Shown here: positions 54,591 to 62,543 of the stretch, piece by piece
Layout of the letters: every line of letters begins with the position of its first letter
How positions within the stretch are numbered: the first letter of the stretch is position 1
Assembly: GCA_017645945.1 (NCBI GenBank)
Contig: JAGCNL010000087.1
Coordinates: 11,847 to 75,846 of the forward strand
Direction: 5' to 3'
From: Salinivirgaceae bacterium
GTDB taxonomy: Bacteria > Bacteroidota > Bacteroidia > Bacteroidales > SZUA-534
DNA length: 64,000 nt
The notes under the pieces: generated by a model
What the model was told of the DNA's origin: nothing
The model's input: only the letters and a program-made list of their open reading frames with translations
Databases searched by the model: none
Translations under genes and position numbers: made by a program

Positions 54591-55327
54591 AAATTGTTTT
54601 ACCGAAAAGTAGTTATAAAAGCGTTGATGGAAGCAGTCTGTCTGACGCCCGTTGTGCTCAGATTGTGCTAATATATGAAATGTTAGACAATATGGGCGAC
54701 AGAATAATCAATTACAAAACAATTCAAGAAGAAGCAGAGATACAAAATTTGTTCAAGAAAGCAAAAGATGATAGTGTCATACGTACGATTTTCCCACTTC
54801 TCAAGAAATTAGGTTTCGTTAATTATGAGGGACAATTCCCTGCTAATAAATGTTTTACTGATTTAGGGACACAATTTGTCCTTGCGACAAGAGTATTAAA
54901 CAATATAACCATAGAAACACCTAATAAACAAGAAGTTGTTGAGCGCACAAAAAGTATTAAATACAACGCACAAAGACAAGGATTGCTGAATATGTATAAA
55001 AACGCGGAATTCAAAAATCACAATATGTGGTTGGCTCTTAAACTATTAAAAGAATTCCGCACAATAAAATGGAATGAGTTTTTATATGCTATTTATCGCG
55101 TTGATAAAGGCGTTGATTTCGAGAATGTTATTAACGAAATAAAAAACAAGAGAAATGAAATAAGTACTTATGAATTTACAAGAGAAGATGGTGCCGTTAT
55201 ACCAACTACTTGTTATTCATATATACGTAGTTTCCTTGAAGAAGCAGGTTTGATTTCGAATACAAGTAAAAACAGTTCAACTCTCACAATTGACGCTGAT
55301 GAGTTCTTTTCACAAATAAATTTATAA
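54587..55327 (+). CDS. hypothetical 246-aa protein (candidate DNA-recognition component of the restriction complex)
   Basis: ATGA overlap with M2, and it ends 2 nt before the AAA+ gene. It is very AT-rich. There are no nuclease or NTPase motifs. Two winged-helix-like segments are present (IRTIFPLLKKLGFVN, YIRSFLEEAGLIS). Confidence 0.6.
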   Translation: MKIVLPKSSYKSVDGSSLSDARCAQIVLIYEMLDNMGDRIINYKTIQEEAEIQNLFKKAKDDSVIRTIFPLLKKLGFVNYEGQFPANKCFTDLGTQFVLATRVLNNITIETPNKQEVVERTKSIKYNAQRQGLLNMYKNAEFKNHNMWLALKLLKEFRTIKWNEFLYAIYRVDKGVDFENVINEIKNKRNEISTYEFTREDGAVIPTTCYSYIRSFLEEAGLISNTSKNSSTLTIDADEFFSQINL

Positions 55328-55329
55328 CT

Positions 55330-56538
55330 ATGGGCATATACGATTCAAATATCAAACAAGACGTTGAGAAATTGACAGAATTGCTCAATATTCAAAGTCG
55401 TGGAAATAATCATTTTGAATATAGTGAAGCGTCCCAACAATACGCCCCCCTTCTCACCGCCCTTCGCACCAAGCCATTCGTGCTTTTGGCAGGCATAAGC
55501 GGAACAGGTAAAAGCCGCATTGTTAGAGAGTTGGCAAAGGCTTGCTGGAAACAAGGTGATGCGGAGTTTGGCAATAACCACCCCAAAAACTTCTGTATGG
55601 TGCAAGTGAAACCCAACTGGCACGATAGCAGCGAGTTAATTGGATATGTGAGCCGTATCAATGGCGAAAAATATGTGGTTGGGCCGTTCCTACGGTTTAT
55701 GGCAAAGGCTATCAACGATTCAAAAACACCATATTTCCTTTGTCTCGACGAGATGAATCTTGCCCCCGTCGAGCAGTATTTTGCTGAATATTTGAGTGTT
55801 ATCGAGAGCCGCAAGTTGAATGCCGATGGCAGTATCACCACCGACCCAATTATCGACTTTGAACATACCGACGCTTACAAATCGCTGATTGACCAACTTT
55901 TCCCCAACGACGATAAAGCCCGCGATGAATACTTAAAGGAAATTGGCGGCAAACGCCTTACCATTCCGCAAAACCTTTTTGTTGTGGGCACTGTGAATAT
56001 GGATGAAACCACATTCTCGTTCAGCCGCAAAGTGCTCGACCGCGCAATGACCATTGAAATGAACGAGGTTGATTTGCACGGCGGATTGGATGCTAATGCG
56101 GCCAACGAGTTGGGCCATATCCAAAACCTTATCCCTACTTCGGTTGAGGGCAAAGATGTGTATGCCGACAACCGAGAATTGTGCGACAAGGTGCTGGCGT
56201 ATCTTGCACAAGTGAATGACGCGTTAGACAAAACACCATTCAAAATTGCCTACCGCACTCGTAATGAGTTCCTTGTATATGCCGTCAACCGTGGCGCCGA
56301 AAATCTGACCGCCACACTCGACGAGATGACTGCAATGAAGATTCTTTCGCGCATTGAAGGCGACAGCGACCGCACCAAAAAGCCGCTCGAAGCGTTGCAA
56401 AACATTGTGAACAACCAAATTGTGGCCGCTATTCCCGAACCCGAAGAAGGCAAGCAGAAAGCAAAAAGCGTTTCGGCTGAGAAAATTACGGAGATGCTGA
56501 AAAAGTTGGATTCTGGCTACACAAGTTTCTGGAGTTAA
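55330..56538 (+). CDS. McrB-like AAA+ GTPase/ATPase without an N-terminal DNA-binding domain
   Basis: 402 aa. Walker A GISGTGKS is at residues 55-62 (55492-55515). Walker B is FLCLDEMNLAP. The McrB signature-like segment is VGTVNMDETTFSFSRKVLDRA. Confidence 0.85.
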   Translation: MGIYDSNIKQDVEKLTELLNIQSRGNNHFEYSEASQQYAPLLTALRTKPFVLLAGISGTGKSRIVRELAKACWKQGDAEFGNNHPKNFCMVQVKPNWHDSSELIGYVSRINGEKYVVGPFLRFMAKAINDSKTPYFLCLDEMNLAPVEQYFAEYLSVIESRKLNADGSITTDPIIDFEHTDAYKSLIDQLFPNDDKARDEYLKEIGGKRLTIPQNLFVVGTVNMDETTFSFSRKVLDRAMTIEMNEVDLHGGLDANAANELGHIQNLIPTSVEGKDVYADNRELCDKVLAYLAQVNDALDKTPFKIAYRTRNEFLVYAVNRGAENLTATLDEMTAMKILSRIEGDSDRTKKPLEALQNIVNNQIVAAIPEPEEGKQKAKSVSAEKITEMLKKLDSGYTSFWS

Positions 56539-58719
56539 ATGAAAACCCTTTGCGTCGAGCACAACGATTTCAAACTCTGCATTGAGTGTCAGCACTTCCA
56601 CAAAATGTGGGAGAAAGGCAAGACAAATATCGGTGCGGAGCGGCTCACTTCAACCTATTCGTGGTCAGATGGGGTCAATAGCGTTGTGCTGACCGACGAA
56701 GACGAATCGGACGCTGTACGTGAATTATCGGCAGGCGTGCCGCAGGAGCCTGCTTTCTTTTTTGAGTTGACCGACTACGCCGTTTGGGTGGAATTCGATA
56801 AGGACGTCAGTAGTGCCTGTGTCGACAGTCAGCGCGCCGATGTCAACGAGCGCTTTTCGTGGCGCGCGCCCCAACATATACTGATGGGTTTTCTGAACTA
56901 TGGCAACGACATTGGCCGTGCCGATTTTCCGCTGCGGTACAAGAAAAACGGTGAGTGGCACCGCTTTGTCTTTTCCTACGATGTCATTTCCGCAAAACTC
57001 GACTATCACCACGATTGGCAACTCATTCTTCACGACATTGAGCAGGAGTACCGAATGCTTTCGCTCGACTATCTGCGCCGCACCTATCACGGTATCAGCA
57101 CAGGCGACGGCGAGCAGTACGACCTTATTTGGTGGAATATTTTCGGCTCGTTGCAGCAGAAATTTATCGCGTCGGCACGCAACATTGTAGAGCGTCCGCG
57201 CCACAGGCTGCGAGCCGTGCCCGCATACAAACGCGCCGACCAAATCCGTCGGTTCACCACCACGCTCGAACAGCAGTTTGCCGAACACCGCAGCGAAGAA
57301 TCGCGGCTCTATCTTGTCGATGAGCAGCAGCACACCCACAACACTATTGAGAACCGTTTCCTGAAATACGCGCTGAACACTATCAGCAAACATTATAGCG
57401 ATTTGGCCCGTCGTATCGGGCAGTTGAAATTGCCCATTGCACAAGCCGAACTCGACCGAATCGATGCAACTGAAAGTCAGTTGAAAAGCCTTGTCCGCCA
57501 CCCGTTTTTCCGCACAGTCGGCACTTTCGAAGGGTTGCGGCAAGAATCGCTAATCCTACAGCGCGACACGAATTATTCAGCCGTCTATCGCACCTATCTT
57601 ATTCTGCGCAAATCGTTTAGCCTTAACGATGGCCTTTATCGTATGGAAACGAAAGACATTGCAACACTTTACGAAATTTGGTGCTTTATCGAGGTAAGTC
57701 ACATTGTGCAAGAGCAATTAGGTATCGAAAAATCCGATATAGACCACCGCAACCGTATGGAAATGAGCAGTTTCTTTACTTGGGAGTTGGGCAAAGGCGA
57801 GCGTTCGCATATTGTATTCAAAAAAGATGGTGTTGAATTAGCCGAATTAGTATACAACCCCAAGCATAGCGAAACTGATAACGAGGATATAAGTATTTCT
57901 GGCATAGCGAGCCGCACGGTGCCGCAAAAGCCTGATATTGTGCTGCGCCTGACCAAAAACGATGTTGAGCGCGGTATGAAAATGACCTATCTGTTCGATG
58001 CAAAATACCGCATTGGAGACAAAGACAAAGACGAAAACAAAGCCGATGTGCCGCCCGACGACGCCATAAACCAAATGCACCGCTACCGCGACGCCATTTA
58101 TTACAAAGAATACGATGACAGTGCATTGAAAAAAGAAGTCATTGGCGGTTACATTCTTTTCCCTGGCAACGGTGAGACGAACGCTGTGCAGATGTCGAAA
58201 TTCTACAAGAGTATCGGCGATGTGAACATTGGAGCCTTCCCCTTGCGCCCCAAAAACGATGAAAATCGTAAGTTGTTAGGCGATTTTATTCGAGAATTGA
58301 TTGGCAAAAAATCGAAAGAAACCATTGAGCAGGTCATTCCGCAGAAAGGTGCGACAGTTGAGGTTTCAACTCGCGTGCTTGTGGGACTTGTGAAACAAAA
58401 TTCGGATAAGTTTGAAAATGGCACAGCAACAATATATTACACTCGCAGTCATTTCCCCACAACCATTTCGCTCGACCATTTACATTGGTTTACACCCTAC
58501 ATTAAAGGCAAGGGAGTTCGGGATGTTTATGAGATAACTCGCATTCGCACAATAACAAGCGCCGAGGCAAAAAATGATGAAGCCGCAGGCAACGATTTGC
58601 GTCTCGCATTTGAATTAGGTATATGCCGTAGATTATCAGACGATTATAAGCCTTGCGAATTAAATGTTTTAGAAACATTCCGTGACACGACAATTGGAGA
58701 ATTAGAAAACGATTTATAG
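56539..58719 (+). CDS. DUF2357 + PD-(D/E)xK nuclease protein (McrC-like partner, COG1700-type)
   Basis: 726 aa. ATG immediately follows the AAA+ stop (TAAATG). N-terminal FFFELTDYAVWV matches the DUF2357 pattern. ATLYEIWCF, then the PD...D-x-K core: P465-D466 (57931-57936) and D487-A-K489 (57997-58005) within YLFDAKYR. Confidence 0.8.
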   Translation: MKTLCVEHNDFKLCIECQHFHKMWEKGKTNIGAERLTSTYSWSDGVNSVVLTDEDESDAVRELSAGVPQEPAFFFELTDYAVWVEFDKDVSSACVDSQRADVNERFSWRAPQHILMGFLNYGNDIGRADFPLRYKKNGEWHRFVFSYDVISAKLDYHHDWQLILHDIEQEYRMLSLDYLRRTYHGISTGDGEQYDLIWWNIFGSLQQKFIASARNIVERPRHRLRAVPAYKRADQIRRFTTTLEQQFAEHRSEESRLYLVDEQQHTHNTIENRFLKYALNTISKHYSDLARRIGQLKLPIAQAELDRIDATESQLKSLVRHPFFRTVGTFEGLRQESLILQRDTNYSAVYRTYLILRKSFSLNDGLYRMETKDIATLYEIWCFIEVSHIVQEQLGIEKSDIDHRNRMEMSSFFTWELGKGERSHIVFKKDGVELAELVYNPKHSETDNEDISISGIASRTVPQKPDIVLRLTKNDVERGMKMTYLFDAKYRIGDKDKDENKADVPPDDAINQMHRYRDAIYYKEYDDSALKKEVIGGYILFPGNGETNAVQMSKFYKSIGDVNIGAFPLRPKNDENRKLLGDFIRELIGKKSKETIEQVIPQKGATVEVSTRVLVGLVKQNSDKFENGTATIYYTRSHFPTTISLDHLHWFTPYIKGKGVRDVYEITRIRTITSAEAKNDEAAGNDLRLAFELGICRRLSDDYKPCELNVLETFRDTTIGELENDL

Positions 58720-58852
58720 TCGCCCTTTCCGTGTTTTTCGTGTGTTCCGTGGTTAGAAAAAGTATTCCGTGATAATCAGTGTTGTCTCGTGTCGTCAGTG
58801 CGAGAACCTTCATTTTTAGCCATTTTTTTAAACCAATGAAAATTTTTTAAAT

Positions 58853-58903
58853 ATATCGCTTGCGATATAAAATAATTGTACTACTTTTGTATCGCGAACG
58901 ATA
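58853..58903 (+). promoter_or_regulatory. promoter with two palindromic operators (TATCG-N4-CGATA) for the gpx-ohrR-like operon
   Basis: ATATCGCTTGCGATAT (58853-58868) and TATCGCGAACGATA (58890-58903) flank the TACTTTTG -7 box (58882-58889), 28 nt upstream of ATG 58931. A MarR/OhrR-type regulator is encoded in the operon. Confidence 0.5.
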
Positions 58904-58930
58904 TAAATAACAGTTTAAAGATTCAAAACG

Positions 58931-59578
58931 ATGAAAAAGAACAAATCAACACTGAACGCAATAAATAAAAGTATAACAAGTGCGGTGGTCTGCCTTGCGT
59001 TGGCACTGACGGCTTGCACGCAAAACAACAACAAAATGGCTACAATTTACGATTTCAAAGCCCTGAACAACAAGGGCGCCGAGGTGGACCTTGCACAGTA
59101 CAAGGACCAAGTGCTGATGATTGTCAACACCGCTTCAAAGTGCGGTTTCACGCCGCAATACGACGGCTTGGAGGCTCTCTATCAGAAATATAAGGACCAA
59201 GGACTGGTCATTCTGGGCTTCCCCTGCGACCAATTCGCCCACCAAGAGCCTGGCACCGACGAGGAGATTGCCGAGTTCTGCCGCCTGAACCACGGCGTCA
59301 CCTTCCCGCTGATGAAAAAGATTGACGTCAACGGCAGCAATGCGAGCCCCGTCTTCGAGTATCTGAAAAGCCAAGCCCCGACCGAGGAGTACAAAGGCCT
59401 GAAAGCCAAGGCGACGCACACAATGCTGAAAAAAATAAGCAACTCGGCTGTCAACGATGGCGACATTCTGTGGAACTTCACCAAGTTTGTTATCAGCCGC
59501 GATGGCAAGACCGTGAAGCGTTACGCGCCCACCACAACGCCCGAGGAGATTGAAGCCGACCTTAAAACCCTGCTGTGA
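58931..59578 (+). CDS. glutathione peroxidase-family thiol peroxidase with lipoprotein signal
   Basis: 215 aa. Lipobox LALTAC. GPx active-site region VNTASKCGFTPQY, with FPCDQF and WNFTKF motifs. Confidence 0.9.
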   Translation: MKKNKSTLNAINKSITSAVVCLALALTACTQNNNKMATIYDFKALNNKGAEVDLAQYKDQVLMIVNTASKCGFTPQYDGLEALYQKYKDQGLVILGFPCDQFAHQEPGTDEEIAEFCRLNHGVTFPLMKKIDVNGSNASPVFEYLKSQAPTEEYKGLKAKATHTMLKKISNSAVNDGDILWNFTKFVISRDGKTVKRYAPTTTPEEIEADLKTLL

Positions 59579-60033
59579 TGAAAGAAGAGTTTCGGCTCGA
59601 TAACCAACTGTGTTTCAGACTCTACACCGCGTCGCGACTACTCACGCAGGCCTACAATCCGCTGCTCTCGGCACACGGGCTCACCTATCCGCAGTATCTG
59701 GTTCTGCTGGTTTTGTGGGAAAACGACGCGCAGCCCGTCAACGACATTGCCAAACGGCTCTGCCTGGAGACCAACACCGTGACGCCGCTCGTGCAGCGAA
59801 TGGAAAAACAAGGCATTGTCACCCGCGCGAAAGGGACAAACGACGCTCGGCAAATGATTGTCAGTCTGACAGATAAGGGTCAGCAACTGCAAACCGCCCT
59901 GACCGACGTGCCCTTTGCCGTCGGTGGCGCCATTGCCTGCAAAAGCCTGACGCCCGAAACCGTGCCCGCACTGTTCCAAACGCTCGACGATATGATTGCG
60001 CAACTCAAAAAGAACCTGAAGCGCGACACGTAA
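59575..60033 (+). CDS. MarR-family regulator, OhrR-like (redox-sensing Cys)
   Basis: 152 aa. LDNQLCFRLYTASR carries the conserved OhrR N-terminal Cys. The wHTH reads LTYPQYLVLLVLWE...VNDIAKRL. ATGA overlap with the peroxidase gene. Confidence 0.85.
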   Translation: MMKEEFRLDNQLCFRLYTASRLLTQAYNPLLSAHGLTYPQYLVLLVLWENDAQPVNDIAKRLCLETNTVTPLVQRMEKQGIVTRAKGTNDARQMIVSLTDKGQQLQTALTDVPFAVGGAIACKSLTPETVPALFQTLDDMIAQLKKNLKRDT

Positions 60034-60109
60034 CAACTGGTTGGCTCTTTTGAAGATATGTATCTATAACAAAATGAATATTTTATATTGACAAACAAAT
60101 TTTACGGAA

Positions 60110-60673
60110 ATGAAAAGTTTTAAATCGAACGCGTGGCTGCTGCCACAACCTGTGCTGATTATCGGCACGTATGACAAAAACGGCAAGCCGAACGCAATGA
60201 ACGCCGCCTGGGGCGGACAATGGGACGCACACGAAATCGCGATTTCGCTCGGCTCGCACCAAACCACTGACAATCTGGACGTTAATCCCGAGTTTACCGT
60301 TACTTTCGCCACCGCAGCCACAATGGTTGCCGCCGACTATGTGGGCATTGTGAGCGGCCGCAACACACCCGACAAAATGGCCCGAACGGGCTGGACTATC
60401 GCGAAAGCGCCCAACGTGAACGCACCTGTGTTCGGCGAGTTTCCAATGACGCTTGAGTGCCGCGTGAAGCAGACGATTGGCAAAGACGCAAGCGGCTTCA
60501 ACCTTGTGGCCGAAATTGTCAACATTCTGTGCGACGAGAAGTATCTGGCCGCCGACGGCAAACCCGACGTCGAGAAAATGGGCATTATCACCTTCGACCC
60601 TGTGCACCACACATATATCGAACTCGGAAAGACTGTCGGCAACGCTTTCGCCGACGGCCAAAAACTGAAATAA
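60110..60673 (+). CDS. flavin reductase-like (FMN-binding split-barrel) protein
   Basis: 187 aa. LLPQPVLIIGTYDKNGKPNAMNAAWGG is typical of the flavoredoxin/flavin-reductase family. Confidence 0.8.
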   Translation: MKSFKSNAWLLPQPVLIIGTYDKNGKPNAMNAAWGGQWDAHEIAISLGSHQTTDNLDVNPEFTVTFATAATMVAADYVGIVSGRNTPDKMARTGWTIAKAPNVNAPVFGEFPMTLECRVKQTIGKDASGFNLVAEIVNILCDEKYLAADGKPDVEKMGIITFDPVHHTYIELGKTVGNAFADGQKLK

Positions 60674-60702
60674 GCCGCTCTGAACAATCGGTTCTGCTTT
60701 AT

Positions 60703-60732
60703 AATCCGTCCCGCTCAGGGGCGGATTTTTTT
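60703..60732 (+). terminator. rho-independent terminator after the flavin reductase gene
   Basis: ATCCGTCCC-GCTCA-GGGGCGGAT (one mismatch) is followed by TTTTTTT. Confidence 0.65.
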
Positions 60733-60783
60733 GTTGCAGCAACCGCTCAATGGCCCGCCACCTAACGTTTTACTTTTGATATT

Positions 60784-60817
60784 GGACAAATCATATAGTC
60801 AACTATATGTTTTGTCC
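60784..60817. terminator. 15-bp-stem hairpin between convergent genes (probable terminator for the CYTH operon)
   Basis: GGACAAATCATATAG-TCAA-CTATATGTTTTGTCC has a single T:T mismatch. It lies 65 nt beyond the CYTH stop. The T-rich flank is on the plus side only, so strand assignment is uncertain. Confidence 0.4.
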
Positions 60818-60881
60818 GATTAGTAGTTATTTTGTTTGTTTACTGCAATATACGCAGTGCACTTTCTTGTCGATTTTAACA

Positions 60882-61352
60882 CTACCACTTCGAAAACGGC
60901 CGTTGCGACAGATATGAATTGTAATACCGCTTGTCGCCTGTTACTTCCTGGCCAAGCCATTCGGGCAGCGAAACTTGCTGCGTGGCCGATTCCAACTCGA
61001 CTTCAGCCATAACAAGGCCTGCATTTTCGCCAAAAAACTCATCAACTTCAAATGTCAGGCAGCCGAACGGGACAATGTAGCGCGTCTTTTCGATTGCGCC
61101 TGGCAGACAGAGTTTTAGCAGCATTTCGGCTTCATTCGCAGCAATTTCCTTTTCCCACTCAAAACGGCTCAAGCCGTCGGCGGTGCTGGCGCCTTTAATG
61201 GTCAGGTAGCCTTTGTCACCTTTAATTCGCACACGCACAGTACGTTGCGGGTCCGCAGCCAAGTAACCCTGACAGATTTTGTATTCAGCCGTTGCAAGGT
61301 GACGAAACTCGCTTTTAACCAAAAACTTGCGTTCTATTTCGGTGTATTCCAT
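60882..61352 (-). CDS. CYTH-domain protein (triphosphate tunnel metalloenzyme)
   Basis: 156 aa. The N-terminal E-x-E-x-K motif is in MEYTEIERKFLV. Downstream are VRVRIKGDKGYLTIKG and FEVDEF. Confidence 0.85.
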   Translation of the reverse strand: MEYTEIERKFLVKSEFRHLATAEYKICQGYLAADPQRTVRVRIKGDKGYLTIKGASTADGLSRFEWEKEIAANEAEMLLKLCLPGAIEKTRYIVPFGCLTFEVDEFFGENAGLVMAEVELESATQQVSLPEWLGQEVTGDKRYYNSYLSQRPFSKW

Positions 61353-61360
61353 TGTTTAAT

Positions 61361-61440
61361 GTTTAATTGGTGAATTGGTGAATCGGTAAATCGTAATTCA
61401 TAATTCGTAATTCGTAATTCATAATTAACTAGTGCCTAAT
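61361..61440. repeat. cluster of short tandem direct repeats (7-8-mers) in the intergenic region upstream of the CYTH gene
   Basis: The region reads GTTTAAT x2, TGGTGAAT x2, then TAATTC(G/A) x5 (CGTAATTCATAATTCGTAATTCGTAATTCATAATT), then TAGTGCCTAA/TGCCTAATTCCTAGTGCC. Confidence 0.6.
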
Positions 61441-61442
61441 GC

Positions 61443-62543
61443 CTAATTCCTAGTGCCTTTCAACTTTCCCGCCAACAATATGGCATTCAACAGATTAGAT
61501 TCTTGCGAGCGAACCGAGTACCGCTCATCGATTGTTTTGCGGGCAGCCTCACCCAAACGGCGGCGAAGTTCCACCGACTCAACCAGTTGCGACAGGCAAT
61601 CAATCCATTCGCTGTCGGTCGAAGCAAGGAAACCGTTCACGCCGTGCTCGATAATGTCGGTGTTCACGCCCACAGGCGACATCACCGTGGCAATGCCCAG
61701 CGCCATATACTGAATGCCCTTGAAACCGCATTTCCCGCACGACCATTTGTCATCGGGCAATGGCATAATACCGATATCGACCTTGTTAAGTTCTTCTAAT
61801 TCAGTGTCTTTGTTCCATTTGGTGCTTTTCAGTTCAAGTTCGTCGACAGAGTAGTCAACATCAACTATCACTTTGAAATTTACCTTGTTGCCGTATTTTT
61901 CTTTAATGGCCGTCAAGGCGGGAATAGCGTTCTGAAAGTGCTTCAGGGTTGTGGTGCTGCCAATCCAGCCAATGGTTACAGGTGTTGAATCCACCGCACC
62001 GCGATATTTGTAAAGCGTTGTGTCAATAACAGTTGGAACAATCACCACGTTTTGGTTCGACTGCCGCGCGTAATCGGCCAAAAACGAGTTGCCGACCATC
62101 ACAGCATTGGCCAGTTGGGCAATTTTAGCCGTTTTGGCCGAACTTTTCAGCCAACTCAAATTTTTGTTCGATTCCGATATGTCGTTCAGCCAGATAGCAT
62201 CGTCGAAGTCGAAAAGCAGCGCGGCACGGCTCTTCGACAGCAGTTTCTCGAAGATTGCCCAGCCCCAGAAATGCGCCTCGCGATACACAATAACATAGTC
62301 GAACCGTGAAGCCCGTAGCACATCGAACAACCTGATTATTACACACTTGAACGCAATCCAGCATTTCAGCAGATAGTTGCCTCGCTTGTAGAATTTGCGG
62401 TCGTCCCACTCGTTAAGCAGAAACGAGTATGTGATTTCAAAACATTCAGACTCAAGGAATTGCATAAATTGCTCAAATCTGAACCTTTGACCAGGCGAGC
62501 GTCCAGGACGGTGTGGGGCAATATATAACAGTCGGTGTTTCAA
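61443..62543 (-). CDS. glycosyltransferase (GT-B fold, group 1-like)
   Basis: 366 aa. The C-terminal half IGWIGSTTT...IGIMPLPDDKWSCGKCGFKGIQYMALGIATVMSPVGVN has a GT-B nucleotide-sugar-binding pattern. Confidence 0.75.
   Translation of the reverse strand: MKHRLLYIAPHRPGRSPGQRFRFEQFMQFLESECFEITYSFLLNEWDDRKFYKRGNYLLKCWIAFKCVIIRLFDVLRASRFDYVIVYREAHFWGWAIFEKLLSKSRAALLFDFDDAIWLNDISESNKNLSWLKSSAKTAKIAQLANAVMVGNSFLADYARQSNQNVVIVPTVIDTTLYKYRGAVDSTPVTIGWIGSTTTLKHFQNAIPALTAIKEKYGNKVNFKVIVDVDYSVDELELKSTKWNKDTELEELNKVDIGIMPLPDDKWSCGKCGFKGIQYMALGIATVMSPVGVNTDIIEHGVNGFLASTDSEWIDCLSQLVESVELRRRLGEAARKTIDERYSVRSQESNLLNAILLAGKLKGTRN

Noticed and set aside
58502-58813. A 103-aa minus-strand ORF spanning the end of the nuclease gene and the repeat cluster.
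   Set aside because: Most of it is antisense to the well-supported 726-aa gene, and the remainder is the TTCCGTG repeat region. It has no supporting signals.
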